64,000 bases of DNA from Camelus ferus. Taxonomy: Eukaryota. This document shows positions 40,286 through 52,532 of this stretch, one piece after another. Each line of letters opens with the position of its first letter. Within the stretch, counting starts at the first letter, position 1. The translations under genes and the position numbers were made by a program. The notes beneath the pieces are model-generated. The model made no database searches. It saw only the letters and a list, made by a program, of their open reading frames with translations, and was not told the origin of the DNA. The DNA lies in assembly GCF_009834535.1 (NCBI RefSeq), contig NC_045697.1:82276001-82340000 (forward strand), in the 5' to 3' direction.

Positions 40286-41228
40286 ATTTTTTTTTACTGA
40301 AGTATAGTCAGTTTACAATGTTGTATCAATTTCTGGTATGCAGCATAAGGCTTCAGTCATACATGAGCTTACATATATTCATTTTCATACTTTTTCATCA
40401 TAAGTTACTACAAGATATTGAATATAGTTTCCTGTGCTATACAATATAAACTTGTTGTTTATATATTTTATATATATTAGTTAGTATCTGCAGATCTTGA
40501 CTCCCAGCTTATCCCTTCCCACCCCTTTCCCCCTGGAAACCGTAGTTTGTTTTCTATGTCTGTGAGTCTGTTTCTGTTTTGTAGATAAGTTCATTTGTGT
40601 CCTTTTCTTTAGATTACACATATAAGTGATATCATATAGTGTTTTGCTTTCTCTTTCTGGCTTAATTCACTTAGAATGACGATCTCCAGGTCCATCCATG
40701 TTGCTGTAAATGACATTATTTTATTATTTTTATGGCTAAATAGTATTCCATTGTATAAGTATACCACCTCTTCTTTATCCAGTCATCTGTTGATGGACAT
40801 TTAGGTTGTTTCCATGTCTTGGCTACTGTAAATAGTGCTGCTATGAACATTGGGGTGCAGGTATCTTTTTGAATTAAGATTCCCTCTGGATTTATGCCCA
40901 GGAGTGGGATTGCTGGGTCATATGGTAAGTCTATTTTTAGCCTTTTGAGGAATATCCATACTGTTTTCCATAGTGGCTACACCAAACTACATTCCCACCA
41001 ACAGTGTAGGAGATTTCCCTTTCCTCCACGGCCCCTCCAGCATTTATCATTTCTGGACTCTTGAATGATGGCCATTTTGACTGGTGTGAGGTGATACCTC
41101 ATTGTAGTTTTGATTACCATTTCTCTGATAATTAACAATACTAAGCATTTTTTCATGTGCCTATTGGCCATTTGTGTGTCTTCATTGGAGAATTGCTTGT
41201 TTAGGTTCTGCCCATTTTTGGATTGAGT
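40286..41228 (-). mobile_element. Young (camelid-type) 5'-truncated L1
   Basis: T-tail then ACTGAAGTATAGTCAGTTTACAATGTTG. ORF 40977-41171 ([30 protein letters not shown]) is the L1 ORF2 C-terminus. Preceded by a (TA)n-rich tract. Confidence 0.93.
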
Positions 41229-42177
41229 TTTTTTTTTTTAATTTTTAATTTCTTTTTTTAAAATTTATTTTATTTGAAGCATAGTTGACCTACAAAGTTA
41301 TATTAGTTTCAGGTATACAACATACTGACTTGATACTTATATACATTATGAATTGATCACCATGGTAAGTTTAGTAACCATCTCTCCCCATACAAAATTA
41401 TTGCAATATTACTAACTATATTCCCCATGCTGTACATGATGTCCCAGTGACTTATTTACTTTACAACTGGTAGTTTGTACCTCTTACCCCCTTCACCTAT
41501 TTCACCCAACCCTGCATACCCTCTCTTCTGGAGACCACCAGTTTGTTCTCTGTAGCTGTGAGCCTGTTTCTGTTTTGTTTTGTTTCTTTGTTTTGTTTTC
41601 TAGATTCCACATAAAACTGAAATCATATAGTATTTGTCTTCCTATACCTGACTTATTTCACTGAGCATACTACCTTCCAGGTCCTTTCATCTTGTTGCAA
41701 ATGTCAAATTTTCATTCTTTTTCAAGGCTGAGTAGTATTCCTAAATGTATATTCACACACCACTGTTTTCTTTATCCATTTATCTATTGATAAACACTTA
41801 GGTTCCTTCCATATCTTGGCTATTGTAAGTTATGTTGCAGTGAACAGAGGGGTGCATGTATCTTTTCAATTTTGTGATTTCATTTTCTTTGAGTAAATAC
41901 CCAGAAGTGGACTTGCTGGATCATATAGTCATTCTATTATTAATTTTTTGAGGAACCTCTATATTGTTTTCCATAGTAGCTGCACCAATTTATAATCCCA
42001 CCAGTAGTGCACAAGTGTTCATTTTCTTCCACATCCTCACCAGCAATTGTTTTGTTGTCTTTTTGATAATAGCCATTCTGATAGGTATGAGGTGAGATGT
42101 CTCATTATGGTTCTGATTTGCATTTCCCTGGTGATTAGTGTTGAGCATCTTTTCTTGTATCTGTCAGCCATCTGTAT
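41229..42177 (-). mobile_element. Second, older-subfamily 5'-truncated L1 abutting the previous one
   Basis: A new T-rich tail at 41229-41275, a different 3' UTR (GAAGCATAGTTGACCTACAAAGTTATATTAGTTTCAGG), then ORF2 end blocks. Confidence 0.9.
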
Positions 42178-42559
42178 GGGATCTAGGGCTGTCAAAATAG
42201 TAAGACTTGTAAATCCACATGTACATCTAGGATAAAAGAGAAATTTCTTTTCTATAAAATTTTACAGCTTATTCTGGAATTCTAGCAAAACCAAAAAGAA
42301 TTAGTGTGAACATTTTATTTATTAAATGAACATGGAGTGTATGAGGAACAGAAATGACATTTCCTCTGAAAACATCCGTATAAAAACAAGTGTACCATCT
42401 TAGAAAGAGCTGAGACACATTATCAACAAGAGAAAATAGCCCAAAATTTTCACAAGAAAAATAATATTTAGTACTACCAGATATTAAATTTAATTAAGTA
42501 AAACTTACAGAGTCTGGATTTTAATATGAAAGGGGCAACTAGTGCATCATATTCTATAG

Positions 42560-43030
42560 CTTTTCAAAGAATAATGGAGACAGAAATCATTAAAAATGCA
42601 CATAATATATGACCCAAGAATTACATTTGTAAGAATTTATCCTCTGCAAATGTACATATATATACAAAGATATCTGTACAAGAATGTCCATCATAGTATT
42701 GTTTATAATAATAAAAAATCAGGAATAAACTACTCAACATAAGGTGATGCATTAAATAAATTAGTTTGATTTATTCAATAAAACATAAGCTATATTTAAA
42801 ATTTATACTGTTTATTATATCAATATATAATAATGAACTTTCTTTATATACTATGAATTGATTTTATAATGAGTATGTTTATAATTATATATACATACAT
42901 ATTCTAGAAAATATGTAGAAAAAGTTTAATATTGATTATCCATGATAAAATTATATGATTTAAATTTTTATTGTCATTCTATAATGTAGTTGATTTCACC
43001 ACAGTGAGTATATATTACTTTTATAATTAG
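42560..43030 (+). mobile_element. L1ME-type 3' region remnant
   Basis: ATATGACCCAAGAATTACATTTGTAAGAATTTATCC..AAGATATCTGTACAAGAATGTCCATCATAGTATTGTTTATAATA. Confidence 0.65.
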
Positions 43031-43830
43031 AGTTATGTTTATAAAAATAATCTCTTTGAATTTCTAAACTATTAGATTAGAGTAAAATGATAGGTAACCT
43101 ATAAATATAAAACTATATCAAATAAAATGCATAATATTTATAGAGTGAAAGGCTGCAATCACTTAGTATATAGTGTCTAGATATTTTTTAAAGTTTCAAT
43201 AAGTATATGAATAATTTTTCCAATAATGGTTGTAGAAGTGGTAGAATTGTACAGGATGTTCTAATTAAATCTCTCCAGTAGAAAAACTGCAAAAATGAAT
43301 TATCTATGTGGTATATATTTATGAACATAGAACAATAGAAGGACAGTGAAAAAACTATTCCATTTTATTTGGTTAAATGTCATTTTACTCGTATTTTCTC
43401 AATATTAACTAATCACATTTGATCAAGGTGGTTATAGTTTATCATTTAGTCTCTGATTCCATTTGGCACACTGTAGAAAACTTCTTAAGAAATTACTTTC
43501 TCTCTAATATGATGAACATTATGTAGTAATAAAAAGGGAAAAAAAAGCAGTAGCTCCTCAAGTTTTTGTGTATGTTTAAGGGGCAATGCAGTAGTCATTT
43601 GAGAGAAAGCCTTAAGGTATTCTTAGGATTTGGTAATATGCAGATTATTTGGGGAAACTTACACTTTCTTCTTACAGAAGCCAAGTAGCAAGGCATAGTA
43701 ACTAAAAATCAATAAATGTAAACTCTACTCATAATATGTTTGTTAGTTTCATATCTTGTATATATGTATATGCTTGAAGATTATTAATAGAACACATTGA
43801 TCAATTCATTCATAAACAAAGCTTTTCCTT

Positions 43831-44822
43831 TTTTTAAAACATTTTTTATTGAGTTATAGTCATTTTACAACGTCATGTCAAATTCCAGTGTAGAGCACAA
43901 TTTTTCATGAGCATACATACATTCATTGTCACATTCTTTTTCACCGTGAGCTACCACAAGATCTTGTATATATTTCTCTGTGCTATACAGTATAATCTTA
44001 TTTATCTATTCTACATATGCCTGTCAGTAGCTACAAATTTTGAACTCCCAGTGTATCCCTTCCCTCCCTCCTCCCCCTTGGCAACCACAAGTTTGTATTC
44101 TATGTCTGTGAGTCTGTTTCTGTTTTGTATTTATGTTCTTTTCTTTTTTTTTTTTTTTTTAGATTCCACATATGAGCAATCTCATATGGTATTTTTCTTT
44201 CTCTTTCTGGCTTACTTCACTTAGAATGACATTCTCCAGGAACATCCATGTTACTGCAAATGGCGTTATGTTGTCGGTTTTTTATGGCTGAATAGTATGC
44301 CATTGTATAAATATACCACCTCTTCTTTATCCAGTCATCTGTTGATGGACATTTAGACTGTTTCCATGTCTTGGCTACTGTAAATAGTGTGCTGCTATGA
44401 ACATTGGGGTGCAGGTGTCTTTTTGAAATAGAGTTCCTTCTGGATATATGCCCAGGAGCGGATTACTGGGTCATATGGTAAGTCTATTCCTAGTCTTTTG
44501 ATGAATCTCCATACTATTTTCCACAGGGGCTGCACCAAACTGCATTCCCACCAGCAGTCTAGGAGGGCTCCCTTTTCTCCACAGCCTCTCTAGCATTTGT
44601 CATTTGTGGACTTTTGAATGATGGCTATTCTGACTGGTGTGAGGTGATACCTCATTGTAGTTTTGATTTGCACTTTTCTGATAATTAGTGATAGTGAGCA
44701 TTTTTTCGTGTGCCTATTGATCATTTGTATTTCTTCCTTGGAGAATTGCTTGTTTAGGTCTTCTGCCAATTTTTGAATTGGGTGGTTTGTTTTTTTCTTA
44801 TTAAGAAATATGAGCTGCTTAT
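43831..44822 (-). mobile_element. Young 5'-truncated L1 with a perfect 16-bp TSD
   Basis: TSD AACAAAGCTTTTCCTT at 43815-43830 and 44823-44838. The C-terminal part of ORF 44590-44937 ([31 protein letters not shown]) is L1 ORF2. Confidence 0.95.
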
Positions 44823-46562
44823 AACAAAGCTTTTCCTTGATAATGAGTGTATCTATGTAAATGATAACTGAAAGTAAATTAACTTTAGATTTAATCAAAC
44901 TTCTATTCATTCTTAAATACAGATCAAATTCATACAACTCTACAAAATGCCAAGTATTTACAACTTGATATAATAAATAAGGTTTTTGCTTCAGAAATGA
45001 CTATAATTCATAGCAGAAATTTATATTAACTAATCAGAAAGTATGTTTTATTTTATGACACATTTTATTAGACATGTAACAAGGCATAATGGTATGCAAG
45101 TTATTAAAATCTGCTAACGAGGTATGACACACATGTACTACTTACTGAGGTTTCTGTAATCATGGCTTTTTCAAGCCCCATTATGTTTTGGGCATCATAG
45201 ACTTTATTTGATTAAGAAAAGCATGTTTATGCAGCAGCTGTCTGGTCATTTCCAGAATGTCTCTTACTGACACAACATTTTTCTGGAATTGTTCTATACA
45301 TGAACGGCACCAAAGCATAACAATATTGTCATGGCCATGAAAAGTCACTAATTAGAGCTGACAGTTATGCTACAGGAAAATAAATTCAGCCCAATTCTAT
45401 AGATAGATTGAATTTCACAAACTTTTTTTTCACTCTTAAGGGAATCAAAACAACTAAATCAGTGAGAAAGAAAATAATCTAGCGCGGTGATTATTAATAA
45501 AAACAACAACAAAAGTCAAGGAGCCACTTTTTTTCCTACATATAAACTATACATACACAGAAATGCATTCTGGGTAGAGTAGTCCCAGAATCTTGCCATC
45601 TCTCTGGACTAGACTAGAAATGTGACTTGTAAAAATTCTTAATGTCGTTCCTCATGATGATCAATATGCCAACCTTATTTTTATGTTTGAATACTGGCTG
45701 TTATTTCAACTATGGCACTAGTGAAATTGCTAATTCTTGGTTCCAAAAAAAAGGAGAAATATGTAGCTGTTAAAGGATTTCATGGGACAAATCATGGTTG
45801 AAAAGTATTGGCCCTTCCCATCCCACTCCCCAAATCTAGAGAGTCTAGGAGCAAGACAATGGGTAGCTGATATTTTGGGAGGCTGATGAGACCAGAAGTT
45901 TAGGTACTTCAGTTATTTTGCTTTGATTTTGTATGGATGTTTTCTTTGAATTCTCTAGAAATGCTCACTTCTAAGTTTTTAACTGTCAGAGGGGTGTCAA
46001 AACTAACCAGAGAAGGACCAGAAGTGTAAATCCCTAAATTCCTAAAGGAATTTCTGGTTCTTTAGCGGCTCCCTCTGATATCCGTGAATTCCACATCAAG
46101 AAAACATATTTGGAAATGATGAGATGCTGCTTAGCAGTTGTCCTCAGCATCTTATGGGTTCCAAAATCACAAATAAAGTAAATCCACCCAGACCCAGGTA
46201 CAGTCCAGGGCTACACGTAATGTCCAGTCAGGCTGTGGCAGATCTCCATACCCCACACATCCACGAGGTGCCTTCCACATAGACCACCATATAAGTGGCT
46301 CTCCACCATGCTGTTTAATGTGGTGGCCTCGATCAGTACCAAGAAAAACAAAAACAAAATATACAACAAACAACCACCACCACAAAAACCTGCTGACCCA
46401 CTGAGGGAATGAAATCCAAACCAGAATACTGTAAAGAAGCCAAATCATGTACTTAGGCCAAGCAGGATGGATTTAATTAGGTAGGCAGAAGCATTACATT
46501 ACACTCACAACTAAAGTTCCATTCTTCCAAACCAACTTAACGTATGCAAGGAATTAAAAATG

Positions 46563-47042
46563 CATTTGTCCATAGGTATCCTCAGGGGATTGGTTCCAGA
46601 ACACACTCCCTGCAAGATACCAAAATTCACAGATGGTGAAGTCTCATATAAAATGATGCAGTATTTGCAAATAACCTATGCACATCTACCTGAATGCTTT
46701 AAATCATCTCTAGATTACTTATAGTATCTAATAAAGTGTAATACAATGTAAATAGTTACCAGCACACAGCTAATTTAAGTTTTGCTTTTTGGAACTTACT
46801 GGATTTTTTATAAATTGAGGTATAGTTGATTTACAATACTGTGTTAGTTTCAGGTGTACAGCAAAGAGACTGAGTTACATATGTATTTCAGATTCTTTTG
46901 CTTTATAGTTTATTACAAGATATTGAATATAGTTCCCTGTGCTATATAGTAAGTTCTTATTTTTTGAATTTTTAAAAAATATTGTAGATTTGTAGTTGAT
47001 TGAGTATGTGGATGGAGAACCCACAATATGAAGAGTTGACTG
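46563..47042 (+). mobile_element. MER2B-type Tigger element split by an L1 3'-end insertion
   Basis: Left half GGTATCCTCAGGGGATTGGTTCCAGA..ATACCAAAATTCACAGATG; right terminus GAACCCACAATATGAAGAGTTGACTG followed by TA. Confidence 0.82.
46803..46965 (-). mobile_element. Short L1 3' end nested in the MER2B
   Basis: TTGAGGTATAGTTGATTTACAATACTGTGTTAGTTTCAGGTGTACAGC..TACAAGATATTGAATATAGTTCCCTGTGCTATATAGTA. Confidence 0.85.
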
Positions 47043-47147
47043 TAGATCACTTCATTCACCAGTGGGGAAGCAGCTTCTGATATTATAAAACCTGGTCTCA
47101 TTACTTCAGCCACAATGTAGGACTGAGACTAGTGAAGTCAAAACAGC

Positions 47148-47271
47148 CTATTCATGTATGACTGAAGCATTATGCTGTACACCAGAAATTGACACAACAC
47201 TGTAAACTGACTATACTTCAACTTTTTAAAAAAAGTAAAAAAACAAAACAAAACAACCCCCCCCCCCCAAA
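47148..47271 (+). mobile_element. Very short young L1 3' end with an A/C-rich tail and TSD
   Basis: ATGTATGACTGAAGCATTATGCTGTACACCAGAAATTGACACAACACTGTAAACTGACTATACTTCAA plus tail. AAAACAGC at 47140-47147 and 47272-47279. Confidence 0.88.
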
Positions 47272-47399
47272 AAAACAGCTACTTCTGGTGCTGATAAAGG
47301 CTCCAACTGGGGTAAGCTGACACCAACAATCAATAAATTAATTAAAACATGAACAAATATTCAGGCCTTTTGAAAGCCATTTTATTTGACACAGTAACA

Positions 47400-49152
47400 T
47401 GAAGGGGCTGAGCTTCGATCAAGAAACAAAAACGAAACAGCACCTAAAATACTGACCATTTTAAACTGTTTATTTTCTTCCCCTTGAAACAGGTGGTTGA
47501 GTAATCAAACTTGGAATTATTTTGGACACAGCACTGCACATGTGCAAGATGAGAACCCTTGTCTCCAGGATGACCCCAGAACCAAGAATCTTCAGTCTAC
47601 AGAATTTAAAGAATAGAAAACCCTTCACAAAGGGAAAAGCCCTTCAAAAAGAGAAATCTGGCTTCCAACCACACGAGTAGCTTATATAGCCTGATTCAGG
47701 ACTAGCCAATCAGCTCCTAAGTTTGAAATTCCTCTACCTTCTTCAGTTGTGCTCAGAACGCTGGATCCAGGAAACAGATTTCAGAGCCTTGCTTCTTGTC
47801 TTCTTGCTGATTGACCTTGCAATAAAGCTATTTTCTCAAAAGCCAGTGCCCTGATATTGGCCTCCATGCACCTCGGGCAGTGAGCCCTTCCTCAGTGACA
47901 ATTTTGCTGACCATGAAGGGGCTTAGGTCTTGTGACCATGCGCCCCAGGCACTGCAGCCCCCGGCAGAGTAGGGGCCCTTGCCACCAACGCTGCGTGGCC
48001 ACCTCGACTGAATCCATCTAGAGAGTCAGCTGTCGGGCTCCTGCTTCCCTTCTGCTGCTGCACTCCAGGCCCCACCTGCTACTTTGAGAGAAGAAACAGC
48101 TCCTGGGTCAGACCTTTTCGGTGAGTTGACCTTGTTAAAGCTCGCCTGTGCCTAAATTGTCTAATAATCTCCTCAGAATTGTGGGTTAGAGCCTCATCCT
48201 AAGGGAGACAACAGGGTACAGCAGCTGAGGCACTCAGAGAATCGGGTCATCACCCCAAACTCTGGGTTAGAGTCTCAGGCCTTTGGACTTTGTCTGTGTC
48301 TCTTTTCCTTGTTAGGATTGGGTACGAGGGCTTGGCTTTTGGATGCCTGTAGTAAAATGTCTTGGGCCTGATACTAGTGAACGTCCTCTGACTGTGGAGA
48401 TAAAAGGCTTTGCTCTCTGACTGCAAACCTTGCCTTACGGAGATGTGGGGTTGGGGTAGGGGTGTTTCACCCACTCCCAACATAATCGTCTGGCGGTGTT
48501 GATACAGGTGTGTATTCTTAATGAAACCAGCCCTGATTACCTTGTTGAGTAAGAAGGTAAAGAAGAAACGAGGGCGTGTAAAGCAGGAAAACTCCCTACC
48601 CCAGAAGAACGTACCCCGTGCCTGTGTTAAAAGAATTTTATACAGAGACATTCTGGATTTTTCCTCACTGAAAATTTTAACCTGTTTTTGTATGAACCAA
48701 ACTAGCAGGGAGTTAGCCTTGAACTGCTTTCAAGTGTGTGTGTATACATCATATATATACATACATACATATGTGTGTGTGTTAAAAAGGAAAGTTTTCC
48801 AGGAGAAACAAATTTTGGTGGTAGAGCTAAAGACCATGGACTAAATGAGGCCTCAGACTGGATATATTCGATCTGGAAATTGCCTAGATGTCTAGATTAG
48901 CTTGTCTGTGTACTTTGCTGGGGAATTAAAATGTTTTGGTCATCTACCAGAAATATTAAACCCCAACATGCTCAAAGGAAGTGAAGGCTTGAGTGTTTTC
49001 ATCTGTATACTCATGACTAACTCTCTCAGATTCAGCTCTGAGTCTAAGACAGTGTCCTCATCTTGCTTTTCCACCTCTACCACCCTCCTCATCAGGTGGG
49101 GTCATAGTATTGGCTTCTATGAGCTTTGGGCAGCGAACTCTTGCTTGTACCA
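47400..49152 (+). mobile_element. Internally deleted ERV1-like provirus (5' LTR ~47400-47900, PBS, leader, residual 3' LTR U5)
   Basis: LTR with AATAAA (47821) ending ..CAGTGACA at 47900, with the PBS immediately after. Splice-donor-like CG|GTGAGT at 48119-48126. A second copy of U5 (CATAGTATTGGCTTCTATG..GGGCAGCGAAC..GTACCA) lies at ~49100-49152. The 5' boundary is tentative. Confidence 0.75.
47905..47922 (+). promoter_or_regulatory. Retroviral primer binding site, tRNA-Arg(TCG) type
   Basis: TGCTGACCATGAAGGGGC vs TGGCGACCACGAAGGGAC (14/18; two differences are CpG-decay transitions), 4 nt after the LTR terminal CA. Confidence 0.7.
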
Positions 49153-49299
49153 AAAAATATTATTAGTACCTTAATGAAAAGTACTAATTGATGAAATGGA
49201 GACTTAGGGAAGAGAGTAATCAGTTTAATCTTATCTGGGCATAAATGGGGTTCTCCAATTTTCTATTTTATGAAAGATGGGAAGAGTTTGAATCATAAG

Positions 49300-49520
49300 G
49301 TGCAGTGATAAGGGGATGAGTCTGGAGGAGAGGCACTAGGGTTGAATGTTGACTCTGTCACCCAGTGGCTGTGATTTTGGGCAGCTTGGTTAGGGGTTTT
49401 ATCGGTTTCTTTATCTATGGGTACAATGATAGAACTTGTGTCTCAGGTTTACTTTGAGCAGTTAATATTAAAAAAGACTTGCAAGATTCCTCAGCTCACA
49501 ATAAGCACTATGTGTATTAG
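49300..49520 (+). mobile_element. MIR remnant
   Basis: GGGTTGAATGTTGACTCTGTCAC..GGCTGTGATTTTGGGCAG..GGTTTCTTTATCTAT..CACAATAAGCACT. Confidence 0.6.
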
Positions 49521-49524
49521 AGTG

Positions 49525-50280
49525 ATCATTGACCAAGATAGGGAAGACTGCAGATAGAACAGCTGTGGAGGATGAGAAACAAGGGTCTACTTTCATGCAT
49601 ACAGAGTGTAAGACATCTATTACACTCAAGTTCAGAAGTACAGAGTGAGATAAATGAATGATTCCAGAAAGTGGGATGAAGAATCCCGAGTTCTGGAACT
49701 TTCCAATGTTAAGGATATCAGGGAAAAGAAGAATTAGTAAAAGAAACTAAAAGGAATATTCAATAAGATTAGAATAAGTAAAAAGATGATATATTAGGAT
49801 ATTTTAGAAAGTGAAAAACATCCAGGGGATAGAGGAATCCCAGTGACAGTTACTGCTGATGCTAAAAAGGACTGGGAATTGGCAAGAGAGGACTACAATG
49901 TTGACTTTAACCTTGACATGAGCAGGTTTATTATGGTGGTGTGGTCAAAGTCTAATTAGAGTAATTTTAAGAGAAAAACTTAGTTACTATAAATCTTTTG
50001 AGTTTTGCTGGAAGGAAGAACAAAAAGATGGGTTAATAACTGTCAAGAGAAAGAGGACCAAGAGTATTTTCTCTTATTTTTAAAAATATTTTCAAGTAGG
50101 AATAATAGCAGCATATTTGCATGTTGATGGGATTCATTCAGTAGAAAGAGAAAACTGGTATGGAAAATGACTGGATGGACATCCTAGACAAAGTGAGAGA
50201 GAATGGAAACTAGTGCTCAAAGGAAAGGATTGATTTTAGATAAAAGCACTGATAGTTTATATTTAAGCAGGGTATGAGTT
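49525..50280 (-). mobile_element. L2 ORF2-region remnant
   Basis: Purine-rich antisense L2 pattern (CATTGACCAAGATAGGGAAGACTG..GAGTTTTGCTGGAAGGAAGAAC..GCATATTTGCATGTTGATGGGA). Confidence 0.6.
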
Positions 50281-50829
50281 TTCCCAAATTATGTTCTGAT
50301 TGATTCACCTATTTTGGCTCCAGCTTTTCATTAAGTATTCTAGGCTCCTTAAATACTGTAATCAATACATAATTGAATCTCCAAATACAGAAATGGGCTG
50401 CAATATGTAGTTCAGATACTTTGTTCCCACAAAATAAAGCTGAATATATGGCAACTTGAACAGAAAATTGACTTACAAATGTATTCACAGAGTTACATCT
50501 TCCATAGTTTCCTAAACCATTGAGGTTTATCCATGAGGGTCCTCGACTTTCATATATTTAAAGTCAAAGGGTTCTGACAAGTTTTTTGGGAAACACCCAG
50601 GAAACAAAATCAGTAACTCTAAGGACATGTACGGAAGCTATAGCATGTTGGATAGCAGTGGGCACTCAGTAAATTCTTGTCAAACAGAACTTGATTTGGG
50701 GATTCTGTTTTGGTGTTCCAGGCTCTGGTGTCAGGTTCATAAGGTCAGCACATGTAAAACTGAACACTTTGCTGATGAGATTTATATCTGCAACTCTAAG
50801 GCAGCCAAAATCCACCTGATTTGCATTAG

Positions 50830-51265
50830 TTATTTTAGTAAGCATAATAATTATCCTAAAGATGTCCGAGTTCTAATCTCAGAATATCTTACTGTATATG
50901 TTGGAAGGGACTTTGTTAGTATGATTAAGGTTAAGGACTGCGATATGAGGTTCATTCTGGATTATTCACATGGATCTGATGTAATGACACAGAGAGAGAC
51001 AGGAGGATCAGAGTCAGAGGGGTGATGACACAGCAGAGGTAGGAGTGATGTGGCAACAACCCACAAAATACAAGCTCTAGAAGGTAGAAAATGCAAGAAT
51101 TGGATTCTCCCCCACGACCTCTAAATGGAACACACCTCTGCCAACACCTTGATTTTTAGTCCCTTATGACTCAAGACTTCTGACCTCAAGAACTGTAAGA
51201 TAATTAGTTCTGTGCAAACCACTAATTTTGTGATAATTTGTTCCAGCAGAAACATTGGGAAATGT
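50830..51265 (+). mobile_element. MLT1C/D-type MaLR LTR
   Basis: AAAGATGTCCGAGTTCTAATC..AAGGGACTTTG..ATTAAGGTTAAGGA..CTCTAGAAGGTAGAAAATGCAAG..CTGCCAACACCTTGATTTT..GACTTCTGACCTCAAGAACTGTAAGATAA. Confidence 0.85.
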
Positions 51266-52099
51266 CAAAAATATTAGGAAAGTAATGCAGCTATGAACCA
51301 ATAAATGTGCAGTAATAAGTACTTTATATAAATGTAAAAGTATGAATTATATGTTCATTATATGTAAATTTCTTAGTGACATGTCTTAAAATTAACAAAT
51401 GATAGATATTAAATATAAATAAACAATGATTTATCTATTTATCTTATGGAAAGCAGAGATAAATTATAAGACAGTATTAACAAAATTAATTGTTAAGATA
51501 AACTTTTTTTTAGAAATTATCTGGGTAGAATTTGACTAAAAGTATTATATATAAAAGTTTTAATAGAGAAATATTTAAGTCAAAAATATTTCTAAATACA
51601 CCATATTGGATCTCTCAGCTAATGAGTCCTCTGGCCAAAAAATGCAAAGATAAATCATAGACTTTTGAGACAGTCCTATACCAAGCTGGGTGCCTTCTTA
51701 GGTGACAATTATCAATTCTCTCTCTCCCTTTATTTCTCAACCTTTATTCTCCGTCTCTGTGTTTCTCTTTTATTCTTCCAAATTTAATAGCACATATCAA
51801 GGAAAAACATCACTTTAGACCCACTTTTAGAGTAAACCCCAGCTGTAAATTAAATGCCTAAATAGAAGTGTGTGTGTGTATTTAAATGAGTGATCTGATA
51901 AAGATAATATTCGTGCATAGTATTATCTTTATATTATGCACGAATATTATCTTTCAAGCAGTCAAAATGTGATGGAGAGGACTATAACAAGAGAAAAAGA
52001 CTTAGCTCTGAGGTCATGATGGACATATCTTCCTTTGAAGAACTCTGTCAATCCTATTACATACTAATTCTTCTCCACACATTTGATTTGAACAAGAAT

Positions 52100-52532
52100 C
52101 ATCTCTGTCCACCACAAGCTATAGACAAGTTATGTGAACCAACATCAGGGTAGTCAGAGCAGTGATCCCTGACTGCACCAGGAGACTAGCTATGTGCTTG
52201 TTGCCTTATTAAAACAATTATTTAATTCTTCCCTGGACATTTTGGGAAAGCTATTGAGAAAGATAATCTTTCTTACCCTGGAATTATAGCCATCTTGTCA
52301 ACACTAAAAGGGAGCCTATCTCAGAAAAATCAGAAATAGAGAATGAAGTGAATAAAGGGAAAGGGTGAAAGCAAGAGTGAGTGTGGGAGTACACAAGAGC
52401 TTGATGTCATCACTTAAAATTCTGGACCTAGCTTTGCCTAACTTCCCCCATCCCATTTTACCAGTTACATGAGACAACAGCTCAGGCTGGGTGTATGTTT
52501 TATTTGCAGTGATAGTAGTCCTGATCAATGCA
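52100..52532 (+). mobile_element. Old MLT1J/K-type LTR remnant
   Basis: GCCATCTTG..AGGGAGCCT..CTGGACCTAGCTTTGCCT..CAGTTACATGAG..TTTGCAGTGATAGTAGTCCTGATCAATGCA end. Confidence 0.55.

Noticed and set aside
43907..44937. ORFs of 105 aa and 115 aa
   Set aside because: One is antisense to the L1 3' UTR; the other is flank fused to truncated L1 ORF2.
48250..48844. ORFs of 133 aa and 107 aa as ERV gag
   Set aside because: They lie in the ERV leader; no matrix, MHR or zinc-knuckle motifs, and one runs through a microsatellite.
50627..51025. 132-aa ORF
   Set aside because: Its second half is MLT1 LTR sequence; chance ORF.
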